Position numbers and translations under genes: made by a program. The notes under the pieces are model-generated. The model made no database searches. It had not been told where the DNA came from and saw only the letters and a list, made by a program, of their open reading frames with translations. From assembly GCA_965112155.1 (NCBI GenBank), contig OZ218111.1: DNA of 64,000 bases; one strand, 5' to 3'. Of this stretch, positions 47,825 through 59,197 are shown one piece after another; position 1 is the first letter of the stretch, and the number at the start of each line of letters is the position of its first letter. The stretch comes from Podarcis liolepis (lineage: Eukaryota).

Positions 47825-50747
47825 TCTTCTTCTTCTTCTTCTTCAGCATTTTGCAGACAATGTAGAGTGTCATGAACACCTGAAACCACATACTGTTGAG
47901 TCAAACCCACGGATCCATCTAGCTCAGTACTCTCTAGGCCAGTAATAGAGAGTCTGCAGCCCTCTAAATGCCTTTGGACTTCCAAATGCTCATCAGGCAC
48001 AGCCAGTATGCTCTGTGGCCAAGGATGAAGGGAGTTGTAGTCCCCACAACACTAAAAGGATCACGGGTTCTCCATTCTGGGTCTGGCGGCTTCTATTTGA
48101 GAGGTCTTTTACTCCTCAATCACGACCTGAGATCCTTTTTCATTGGAGACGTCTGCTGTGGAACCACAGGGTTGGCTTCCTTGGGGGACCCTTGTTGGAC
48201 TATATCTTCTGTCACCAGGCTTTGGCCATGGTGGGGCTAATGAAAGCTGGGATCCAAAAATCAGCCAGCAAAACCCATGTCCTCTGAGCTGTGTATTGTC
48301 CTCCACAGATGGGGAGGGGCTGGCTTGATCTAATCCAGACTTTAGCTTTAGAATTCATGGTAAGTCCCAAGCTTTTGTGTGGTGAAGAGTGGTTTTGTGT
48401 GTATATTGGATTTTTAAAATCCCTGGGAATCTATGACATAATCTGTTCTTGCTTACATTTTCCCCATGGATATTATTTACAGAGTATCGTAGTTGAGCTG
48501 CAGAAAAAACAGTAGAATTTTCAGAACAGTGTAATACTCTTTTCTTGTGGGTGACCCTCTCCTGATTTTATTTAAATAAACATATGTATAAAACATCAGT
48601 TTCACTTCATAGGTGTTCTTAAGATTGGAGCAGCCAGTCCCTCATTTGTGCAGTGTAGGTTGAAAATGATTTTACTGGCAATGCTTGGCCAGTTGAGTTC
48701 AGGATTGGTAGGCATTAAATGGAGAGGAGCAAATTGTCCTGCTTTCATGACGGAAAGATTTCTTTGGCTATGTATAACTACGACAATCAGCTTTTTGTGC
48801 ACAGGGCTTAAATATTACAAAAGGTTCTTACTGTACCATGCATTGTCAAGCAAGGATGGCATTTTGAGACAGCCTCTTCTGAGAAATTGGCTTGCTGCGT
48901 TACAGGAACAGCTTGCTATATTATCTGGCTTTAAATTACTTGGAGGCACAAACAAGCCAGTAGTTCCTTCTGTCAGCTCCATTCCCCAAATTTGTGCATG
49001 CCTACGTGCTGTGGTGCAATGGTTGTCAACCTCTTTAGGTCTCAGGACTCAATTTTCACCCCAGCCTTCTGCACAACACCCCCTATCCCTGTTACATCTG
49101 TCTGTCTGTCTGTCTTCTGCTTCTTTCTCACTCACCTTTCCTGATCTGGTTCCAGCCTCCATCCCCATTTTTCTGTTTGCCCTCCCTTATCTTGTCACTT
49201 AAAAAATAGATAAATACAAGAAACAGTGCTTATGCCCCCAGCAGTGTTAGAAACTCAGATATATAAGCTAGGTGCCATATGGCTCCTTAAACGAGGGTTA
49301 CAGTTGGCAAAACCGAATGTCTCGTTGCCATTTTGGGGCCACACTGCTCAAAAGGTGTATTTTTCAAGGTGACTTTTGGGCTTCTGAAATTCATTCTGTT
49401 TGTGCAGATAAAATATAACAGGTAGGATTCTACAGTCAAGATCCAAGGATCCCCTGGTATGCACCTCCAGATGGTGTAGACGTCAGGCGTCATCCTGGTG
49501 CCCGCACATTGTCACTTGGTCGCAAGTGGCCGATAGGCAGGTGCAGAATGTGCATGGCGAATATCAAACGTTGGCCCTCAGTGTGACTCACCTGAAGTTG
49601 GCCTACAACCCATCATTGCAGCCTTGCTTAACCTTGTGTCCTGCAGACATCAGACTCCAGCTCCCATCAACACCAGCTAGCACAGTCAATAACCAGGGAT
49701 GCTGGGAGTTGTAGCTCATCAACTTCCGGTTGGGAAATGAACATAAGGAACTGCAAGGAATAGCCATGGTTGATTCTTTCTTTCCTTGTTGTGTTTCTGC
49801 AAGGAGTGGAGAACCTTCTGGAGCAAGAAGGCTCACTGGCTGCGATCAACCTAAAGCAGCTCCGCTGGGAAGGGAAGATTAGGTGGGGTTGTTGGTGAGG
49901 GGCAGGGTGATATCAACAGCCTCACCTAGCAAGGGAAGGGAGGGAGGAGGCTGGAGAGGCAGCAAGGTGGGCTGTGCAAGAGGACAGCCAAAGAGGTAGG
50001 AGCACCCTTCAAAAAAGGAGGTTGGTGGGGGTTCCAGGAAACTCCCATGCCTGCTAGGTAAGATCCTAGACCTCTCTTCAGCTTCACTCCAAAGCAGTGT
50101 CCTTAATGCCTAGTCAGGTTTCCCCTGAATGAAGGTGCAGCCACCTGGGGAAACCTAATCTGATGAAATTTGAGACACTAGAGGAAAAACAGGAGTTGGA
50201 AGTAGCCGTACCAGAGCTTAGGGCACCACAGTATTCCTATTAGAGAAAGGAGTGGTCTAGGGCAGGGGAACCCTTCTTTCTTAGGTTAGATGCTCTTCAC
50301 TGCCTTAGGTTCCCTCTTTTGTGTGTGGCCTGCCTGTCTTTGAAATAACAGCAGCATCTCACCAAGGCTTTTATGTTGCGTTTGCCTTGTTCTGTCGAAT
50401 ACCAGCCTGCCGTGCTTAAGATCAACATATACTACTGACGGTGGGGGTGGATTCAAGGTGCCCTAACCTCTTGGTGTGTTGAAAAGACTAGTGGATCTTG
50501 AAATTGGATCAGGGAGGCCCAGATCTAACTGGCTACTCAGTTGTGAATCTCACTGGGTGCCCTTGCTCACCCACCTCCAACTCTTGTATATCTCTCATCC
50601 TCACTCCTTTTGCTGCATTGCTGGGTCAGGATAAAACAGGGTGATTCCCCGCGTACACCGCCACCCTGAGCTCTTTGCAGCAAAGGCTGAGATACAACTG
50701 TGATGAATCATCAAGGGTTAGACCTGATCAAGCTTGTTATGCTAGTG

Positions 50748-50883
50748 CCGGCATCCCCAAACTTGGCCCTCCAGATGTTTTGGGACTACAGTTCCCATTA
50801 TCCCTGACCACTGGTCCTGTTAGCTAGGGATGATGGGAGTTGTAGTCCCAAAACATCTGGAGGGCCGAGCTTGGGGATGCCTG
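50748..50883. mobile_element. Short palindromic hAT MITE
   Basis: Hairpin with a perfect 8-bp TSD TGCTAGTG on both sides. Confidence 0.9.
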
Positions 50884-51035
50884 TGCTAGTGGATTCTCAA
50901 ACCACATGCCCATAGGCTCGTATCCAGCTAAGCCCTACTCACATTTGACCCATTGCAGTTAATGGGCCTAAGTTAGTCATGTCTGTTAACTTCAGCTTTG
51001 AGTAGGGCTAGCAGTTGGCTGCAACCCATAGACTC

Positions 51036-51787
51036 TGTCATGGAATTGCTACATATACTATATGATATAAACAAGCAAAGTTGTCTGTCTAGGTTCCAGC
51101 CCTGCAGCTAGACTGGACTGAAGACCTATAAACCCCAGATGATTATCTCCATTCACAAGTCTTGTCATGTTACTCGAAGTTTATACGTAGATCTTCGGAT
51201 AGATGAGTGAGAGCCTAGCCTTATATCATATGTAATGCCGGAATCATTCCTAAATGCAGGGAAAGAGATGCTTCCCGCTTAGCAGTTGGATTAACATGCT
51301 ATTTTAGTGAGCTGCAAACAAGCGTCTTGATACGTTGAAACCAGTCCTTGGCCCCTGTAATGTGTATGGGTTGCTCGTGCGTAAGTTGCCGCCTCTCCAG
51401 GCTTTGTTGCCTTGCTAAACCTTTCAGTCTGGGCAGCCCTTCACTTCGTGGCTGCCTCAGTCACTAGCAGAATCCGTCAGTGGGCGTTTCTTAAATCTTT
51501 TCCAACATAAAAGTTGTTTGACACCCAGTCTCCTCCTACTCTCTCTGCGCGGAAGTCTTCTGCGCAGGGTGGGCGTGGGTAGCGGAGGACCCGTGCTCTC
51601 CCCGCTGATGTCCGGTGAAGAGTCCTGGAGCCCTCTCGCCGATTCCCCCATCAGCCCCTCTATATCCCTGGTGTTGCGCTGATTTGCTTCCCCATCTGCG
51701 GAGCTGCCTCTCTCCCTGCTGGGCCCTTCTCCAGCATCATTTGAGAGCCTTCCCCCCGCCTCTAGCTCCGATGTCAGTTCCCTGACA
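51036..51787 (-). mobile_element. LTR-like insertion (TG...CA termini)
   Basis: The ends TGTCATGGAA and TTCCCTGACA form a 9/10 inverted match, and the interior is CpG-rich. No clear TSD. Confidence 0.45.
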
Positions 51788-52335
51788 TCCCCCATCTGCA
51801 CCATGCATTTAATAATAATAATAATTTTTTATTTATACCGTGCCCTTCCCGGTTCAGAAAACCAGGCTCAGGGCGGCCAACAACAAATTTAAAACACTTA
51901 ATTGATGCAACGAAAAACAGCATAAAATACAGTATAAAATGTGAATAACAATAAATTCAGAATTCAAAAATCAGTTTAGGGGGAGTCTCATACCTCTTCA
52001 AGTAGTTGTGGCTCCTCCCAAAGAATCCTGGGAACTGTAGTTTGTCAAGAGTGCTGAGAGTTGTTAGGAGGCCCCCTGTCCCCCCCCCCCCCCGTACAGG
52101 TGCAGTTTCCAGAGTCCCCCGGGAAGAGGGATTAATTGTTAAAGCACTCCAGAATTTGTAGCCTTGTGAGGGGAATGGGGACTCCTAACATCTCTTAGCT
52201 CTTTTAACAAACTACAGTTCCCAGGATTTGGGGGACGCCATAGCTGTTTAAAGTGGTATGCTCCTGTTTTAAACGTATAGTTCAGATGGAGCCCTAGCGG
52301 AATATGCTTTACTCAGCCTTGAAGTCTTTACTAGA

Positions 52336-52488
52336 GCCTGGATTGCTCAGTTGGTTAGAGCATGGTGCTGATAATTCCAAGGTTGCAGGTTTGATCCCTG
52401 TATAGGACAGCTGAATATTTCTGCATTGCTGGGGTTGGACTAGATGATCCTCAGGGTTCCTTTTAACTCTACACTTCTATGTTCCCAT
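52336..52488 (+). mobile_element. tRNA-derived SINE with a CR1-like tail
   Basis: gctcagttggttagagcatggtgctgataa head plus a ggggttggactagatgatcctcaggg tail. Confidence 0.75.
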
Positions 52489-53063
52489 GGTTGTATTGAG
52501 AGTTCTGATCAATCTTTGCGGGCCTAGCACAAGCCACCTTCCGCCTGTTGTGGGATTTCAACTTTCCTTCCAACTGGGTGAGATACTCTTTAGGGTTTGT
52601 TGCTGGGATCAAGACTTAGTTGGGGGGATGTGTTATCATTGCCGATATCTGGCTTGCTAAAAGACCACCTGGGCGGGGGACAGGTGAGGCCTGATCCACT
52701 CATTCTCCTTTTAAAAATAGTTGCTGACCAGGCAGTGCCCATCAAGGCAGTTTTGTAACCCCGGCAGTGGTTACCAAGGTTGTTATCAAGATTTTGCAGT
52801 TGGGTGGTTGAATTGGTGATGTTGATCAGGACATTTTGTGCCTCTAAAGACTTATGGGGAGCGCTGGGAGGATTTCAACTGCTTTTATCTTTTTGTTTCT
52901 CACTGCCTCCTCGTCTTTCAAAATCTATGTGTGGGTAACTTGGGAAGCTGGTGCTTTCCCAAGGCCTGGCTGCCTTTCTTAATTACTGGCTTCTTGGTTC
53001 CTTGGAAGTGTGCTTTGGCAAACTGTCACATAGCCGCAATAAACACTTTTTCTGTCTTCAAAG

Positions 53064-53186
53064 GCATCGAGCCAGTCACGCTGGAGCGAATTCAGCTCTC
53101 GGCACTGGATGCTGAGGAGAAGACCTCGTACAATCATGTGCTCGCTGAGAGGCTCATCAGGATAATGAACTATGCTGCTCAGCCAG
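53064..53186 (+). CDS. CLEC16A: CLEC16A exon 14
   Basis: cttcaaag|(G)IEPVTLERIQLSALDAEEKTSYNHVLAERLIRIMNYAAQP G|gtagag. Confidence 0.95.
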
Positions 53187-53672
53187 GTAGAGGGTTTTTG
53201 TCAATCTTCTTTTTTGTGCTAACAAGTGCTGAAACCAAGAGTTTGCAAAGCACCATCCTTTGTGGACCAGAAGGGCTTTTGCTATAGGGTAGTCATTGTC
53301 GGCCTATTGCCCTCCAGGCATTTTAGAACGACAGCTCTCAGCAGGTTGGCAAAGACTCCTGTAGGACATATTTACAAGCCTAGAGCCTGCTTTGCTTTCA
53401 AGACAGGAACTCGGAAGCTGTGTTTGACGATGGAAGCATGAAGCAGCAAGCCAACGCCAAAGACATCTTCAAACAATGACCACAGCTCACATCAGCAGTA
53501 GCAGAGAACAAGAAGTCATTGACTCTCAGCCTCTTGAGGCAAAGTCTTCTTGTGGGAATGTAAAAAGATCAGTTGTTTAACAGAGGATGTTGCGGGCAGA
53601 ATCCTACCAGAGCTCAAGGGGAGCAATTCCAGATACAGTGCAGCCACTTACAGCAAACGTCTCATTGAAAAG

Positions 53673-53674
<2 letters not shown>

Positions 53675-53708
<34 letters not shown>
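53675..53708. repeat. (GT)n microsatellite
   Basis: Read directly. Confidence 0.95.
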
Positions 53709-53709
<1 letters not shown>

Positions 53710-54830
53710 TACAGCTTGCTTCTCCAAGTCCTGTATTGAGCAAGAAAGAATTTGGAATAGGCGGCAATGCTGACATCCCAGATCCTTTCTTCCTTGCGTC
53801 TTTTCAACGAGGCGTTTGCTATCTGCTGCCAAAGCAGAAAACAATTAGGCAAAAGAAAAGATCTTGCAAGTTCAGCAAATTTGCATAATTTATACAGGCA
53901 TGGGATTTATACAGCTTTGAGACTGTTGTTAACAGCATGGACCACACCAGAGGTTGGGGAGGAGTAAGCTGCCGCACTCCAAGTATTGACAGACTCCAGC
54001 TGCCTTTATCCCCAGCCAGTGTGGCCAGTAATCAGGGCTGATGGGAGTTGGAGTCAGCAGCTGGAGGGCCAGGGGGTAGCTGCCCCTGCAATACACAAAG
54101 CACAGGTTTTGGGACTGCCTAGGCAGGTGATGAATCTAACCCCGAGCCTTGATATTCAGCATGGACATGAGATTCTCTCTCCCCTCTGCCAGGGAAGCTT
54201 CAAACTTTCATCGCATGGGGGAGCTCTGATCTCATGCTCTTCCAATTAGGTCATGAAAGGCTGACCTGGTTCACATGTAACACTAAACCAAACCATGGCT
54301 TAGTGGGAACACGCGGTGGGCGGTTCATCTTGCCCCAGACAAACTCTGAGCTGTAACCAGAGGCTTTTGCCTTTCTGGCTTACAGCTCCGTGGTTTGCTT
54401 GGAAGAGAGACAAACCACGAGCCTGTCAAGCCAGCCCACAGCTTAGATCGCTGCAATGCAGAAGGAGTGGAGGAGGAGCAAAGCCGCCGTGATCTCCTCT
54501 CTGGGAACCTGCTTGTTCATGTGTTTGCATGGGTTGGCCTAGCATTATGTGGGAACTGAACCGTAGCCCTTTTGATATCCCCAGGTATCTCAGTGCTTTT
54601 CACTTGCGTTTGTAACCTGCTGCCTTACTGTCTCAACTGCTGCTCTTTTACTTGCCTTAAAAATGGTTGAGAACGGCAAGGGGCAATATAAAATATTTAA
54701 ATAATTGAAGTAAACACCTGTTGTTGTTAATAATAATGACAACAACATTATTCAGCTAAAAGAGGCTCTCGGAGCAGCTCATAAATATCTGTGACAGTCC
54801 CAACCATCAGGTTCATGGTCTTAGGAGATA

Positions 54831-55310
54831 CAGTCAAACCTCGGTTAATCCATTCCGGAAGCCCGTTTGGCTTCCAAAAAGTTCAACAACCGAGGCACGG
54901 CTTCCAGTTGTTTGCAAGAGCTTCCTGCACTCAAGCGGAAGCCGCGTCAGATGTTTGGCTTCCGAAAAACATTCAAAAACCGGAGCATTTACTTCCAGGT
55001 TTTTGGTATTTCAGGAGCCGAAACGTTCCAAAACGGAGCCGTTCGAGAACCTAGGTTTGACTGTACAGTGGAACCTCGGTTTTCAAGCATCTCGGAAGCT
55101 GAACAATTCAGAACCCGAACGCTGAAAACCCAGAAGTAATTGCTTCTGTTTTCAAAAGTCCCTTGGAAGTCAAACAGCTTCTGAGGCACGTTTTTCATCC
55201 CCCCCCCCCCGTTGACTTTGCAGCCAGCCCTTTGATCCTTGGTTTTCAAATGTTTTGGAAGTCGAACAGTCTTCTGGAACAGATTATGTTTGAAAACCAA
55301 GGTTCCACTG
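54831..55310. mobile_element. Two abutting mariner-type MITEs (54831-55063 and 55066-55310) sharing one TA
   Basis: TA|CAGTCAAACCT...AGGTTTGACTG|TA|CAGTGGAACCT...AGGTTCCACTG|TA. Confidence 0.85.
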
Positions 55311-55727
55311 TACAACGGGGGGGGGGGGGAGATGAGGGGGGGAGAATGCGAAGGTGGAGTTAAAAGTTCTTAGTTGTAATGATCTCAGTGAATCTTTCTG
55401 TTAATCTCTAGAGAGCACGGCTTCTTTGGCCAAATTGTGGGTTTGGGTTTTGTTTGGACTAAGCTGGAAAGGCTTCCACACACTGCAGAAGAGAAACAAC
55501 AGTCAACAGTTCTTTCCCAGTTCTTTTCCAAGCTCCAGTGTTTGTTTGAGTGCAAGAAGTGTTTTGCATTTTGTACTTAAAACATGCCACAGTGCTGAGA
55601 TACTTGAATTTGACTAGTGGTGCTAAAGCGCTGGCCTGTAAAGCTGTGACGTCAGCAACTTGATCTCAACAATGCAATGAAGTTTTTCCTAACTTTTTGC
55701 TGCTCTCCCCCCGCCCCCAACATACAG

Positions 55728-55837
55728 ATGGGAAAATTCGCTTGGCTACATTGGAACTTGGCTGCTTGCTACTGAAGCAGCTGGTGATGTCCAAACATGG
55801 TAGAATTATAAAGGATGTTCACCTCGCCTGTTTGGAG
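55728..55837 (+). CDS. CLEC16A: CLEC16A exon 15
   Basis: atacag|(D)GKIRLATLELGCLLLKQLVMSKHGRIIKDVHLACLE|gtgagt. Confidence 0.96.
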
Positions 55838-56602
55838 GTGAGTGAGTGTGGGGTTTGAACACCTTTCTCCTCTTGACTGCTGGTATGAAAGTGTCAAAAG
55901 TGCTCTGATTGCTAACAGTCCACCTTTATGAGTAGAACTCTGTCAAGGCAGCACGCATAGTAAAAAGATGAAATGAAAATTCCAGAATACGTTCATTTTT
56001 TAAAAAATCTAAGACCTTTTTTTTTTTGCTAGCTGTTCTCTAAACCAGTGTCTGATTGGGCTGGAATCCATGCCTTAGTACAAGCAGAACTGAGAGCAAA
56101 GAGTTAGGAGTCGAAGAAACTGCTACAGCTCTGTCACCAGGGTGTGCCGAATCTGACTGCTTTGTTCCACATCATTCCATTGGTCTTTCTGGTCTCATCA
56201 TGGTCTGGGGAAGGGAAGGGGTAATTTCCCAGTCCTGGGAAAATTTAATCAGTGATGCTAGGGATTGAGCCTGGGACTTACTTATTGTATACCGCCCTTC
56301 ACCACAAGTTCTCAGGGCTGTTCACAAGATAAAAATACAGGGCAAAAGCACAAATAAAGAGTTAAAATGAAAACGACACAACGTATGAACAGCAATATGT
56401 GGGCTGTCACTGGGTTACAGTTGCTATTGGTACATGTTAGCACCTCCTTCTTAATACGGGCAACCCCCCTGTTTACACATGTCCAACTGTGTGCAACTGT
56501 GTGTACGCACATCGCACCAAACTCAGAAATGTAAACGTCACTGAAATGTTGCTAAAAGGGCAGAACGGGGTATTTGCAGGCTTTTTCGATATGTTTCAAT
56601 TA

Positions 56603-57086
56603 CCGTATTTTTCGCCCTATAGGACGCACTTTTCCCCCTCCAAAAATGAAGGGGAAATGTGTGTGCGTCCTATGGGGCGAATGCAGGCTTTCGCTGAAGC
56701 CTGGAGAGCGAGAGGGGTCGGTGCGCACCGACCCCTCTCGCTCTCCAGGCTTCAGGAAGCTCTCCGCAAGCCTTGGGAGCCCATGGGAGTTCCCGCCAGG
56801 CTCTCTAGGCTTGCGGATAGCAGCCTGCATCCCGAAGCCTGGGGCACACTGAGCAGCGCGCCCTGGGCTTCGGGCAGATATCCGCAAGTCTGGGGAGCCC
56901 GGCGGGAGTTCCCGCTGGGCTCCCAAGGCTTGCGGATAGCAGCCTATTCTGGGGGCTGGGGTCGGGGGGAAGCTCGGGCTTCCCCCGCCCCAGCCCCGCG
57001 CCTGGGGGGGGGAATTATAAAAAAAATTCTTTATTCTCCCCCCCCCCAAAAAAAACTAGGTGCACCCTATAGGGCGAAAAATACGG
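56603..57086. mobile_element. pogo/Tigger-like non-autonomous element with internal palindromes
   Basis: TA|CCGTATTTTTCGCCCTATAGG ... CCTATAGGGCGAAAAATACGG|TA; CpG-rich and probably young. Confidence 0.88.
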
Positions 57087-57478
57087 TACATGCAATTTCA
57101 CTGATGCATGTGGTGCCTTGGAACGTAACCCCCACGTAAAGGTTGGGGGCTGAACACGTTAGAACCTTTCTGAAGCAGTCTGGATTCTGCCCAACTCATC
57201 AGGTAGGGGTAGCTGACATGGCGCCCTCCATATCTTGTTGGACTCCAACTCTCGTCATCCCGATCATTGGCTGCACCGCCTAGGGCTGATGGGAATCCCG
57301 CCCCCACCAAGTTTGCCACCCCTGCACTGGAGAGTGCCGTGAGATGTCCTTCTCTTTCTTTTAACTGGCTTTCCAGGGGGGAAACAATGGTATTGGGGAA
57401 AGACATTTGCTGCTTTTAAAGCCTTATTGAAAGCTGCCCGCCACAAAGTAGAACTGAGCCGTATCCTTTTCTTTCTAG

Positions 57479-57523
57479 GGCGCAAGAGAAGAAAGCGTTC
57501 ACTTGGTGCGGCGTTTTTATAAG
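57479..57523 (+). CDS. CLEC16A: CLEC16A exon 16
   Basis: ttctag|GAREESVHLVRRFYK|gtgcag. Confidence 0.96.
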
Positions 57524-58494
57524 GTGCAGTATTCTCATGCTTTCCATGTTTCCCTAACCTCTGAATACAGGGGAAGATAGAGGGAGCCAGCAGGGAACCT
57601 TTTAAAGTACATGGTTGCCTTTTCGTAGCTTAATAAGAATAGAACCTAAGACATCACTTACTGGACAGGAATTACATGGTGCTTTCACCAGACTCTGGTA
57701 AAGCCAACATGGTGGACTCCTCTAGAAAATGTTGGACTACAACTCCCATCATTACTGGCTATCGGCCATGTTGCCTGGTGCTAATGGGAGCTGTAGTTCA
57801 TCAGGGCCTACAGAGCACCATGATAGTTATCCCAATCTAGACCAAGGGTGGGCAATTCTGAGGGCCAATGAGCCACGTATAGTCAACAACACCATCTCTG
57901 TAGCCTTTGAAGTCACCTCATACTAGTAGAGTTGCTAGCAGGTTTCTACCATAAACTATACTGGTTTATGAGCACAAAACGGAAGTGCTGCCGCTGCCTT
58001 CAGCTAAGTTTTTCTGGCCCCTGAGATCCTACCTATTTTGGTGGTGGCGGCCAGTGACTGGGGTCCTTTTGCCGCTGCTGCTGCTGCCTTGCATGTGAGT
58101 CAACCCTTAGCTGACTTCCTATTTAAAGGTCTGGAATAAACAGGAAGATCAGCAGAAACGGCCTCTTTGCCAGGCACTCAAGCCGTTTTGTGGCGATGAC
58201 CCATTTCCAAAGCTGTTTTGTTTAATTGAGGCCAGGTGCCATGTTTTTCCACATGAGGCAAATCAAGCAAGGCACCCACCAGGCGTTTAGGAATCGCAGC
58301 CTTGACAGGGGGAGATAAACAGCTGGCAGCTTGTCCAGATATAGGGAAACTGTAGCTCTTTTCATTCCTAGTTTGGTCAAAAGTGGTCCTTGAAGAATGT
58401 GGGCAAGGTGGGAAGTTTTAAGACCATTGTATAATGAGAAGCAGAGGGAATGTTTATGGAGGGGCAAATGCATTCCTCTTGTTTCCTTTTACAG

Positions 58495-58545
58495 GGCGAA
58501 GAAATTTTTCTGGATATGTTTGAAGATGAATACAGAAGCATGACT
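58495..58545 (+). CDS. CLEC16A: CLEC16A exon 17
   Basis: ttacag|GEEIFLDMFEDEYRSMT|gtaagt. Confidence 0.97.
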
Positions 58546-58894
58546 GTAAGTAATTCATGAGATGGCCGTGTGGATGGAGAGGGGCAAAAGGGAATGTTAA
58601 CATGTCTCATCTTAGAGTACCACACTTTAAAATAATAATAATAATCTGGAGGCTAAACAATAATTGTGTGCACACATGTGTAGAAATGTTAAAATACTCA
58701 GAACTCATAGATTTATAATGTGTGAAGTTATCAAAATTCCACAGCATTTGCTTATCATACATAACAACATCTTAGACAAGGCATGGAATATCAGCACAGT
58801 GGTAAATATGGCAAATTATCATTTGGTCTGACCTAACAGGCTTTACAAGATGGAAAAGTTCCATGTACACAATTTTTTGTTGTCTGACGTAGTA

Positions 58895-58961
58895 TAGTTA
58901 GCTAGTTTTTAAACTATTATTATTTTAATAGTTAGCTACTTTTTAACTATTATTATTTTAA
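58895..58961. repeat. Tandem duplication, 2 x about 34 bp
   Basis: tagttagctagtttttaaactattattattttaa followed by tagttagctactttttaactattattattttaa. Confidence 0.9.
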
Positions 58962-59068
58962 CAACTTTTCCGCAGGAAGAGGGTGGGGAAATAGTATTAA
59001 AGGTACAGTTGATTTTAAGGTTGCGCTTGGGTTTATGTCACATGTTAAGTGTGAAATTCCTTTCCCAG

Positions 59069-59197
59069 CTTAAGCCCATGAATGTCGAGTACTTGATGAT
59101 GGATGCCTCCATTCTGCTGCCGCCAACAGGAACCCCTCTCACTGGGATTGACTTTGTGAAGAGGCTGCCCTGCGGAGATGTGGAAAGAACGCGGAGG
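59069..59197 (+). CDS. CLEC16A: CLEC16A exon 18
   Basis: tcccag|LKPMNVEYLMMDASILLPPTGTPLTGIDFVKRLPCGDVERTRR|gtgagg. Confidence 0.97.

Noticed and set aside
56489-57139. 216-aa ORF, and similar 180-190-aa ORFs at 23283-24366 and 48648-49202
   Set aside because: They are intronic and mostly inside GC-rich non-autonomous elements, with no transposase or other recognisable motifs.
57461-57470. GTATCCTTTT, a perfect U12-type donor consensus
   Set aside because: It sits inside the polypyrimidine tract of the exon 16 acceptor with no plausible upstream exon, and the flanking introns have ordinary U2 donors. Likely chance.
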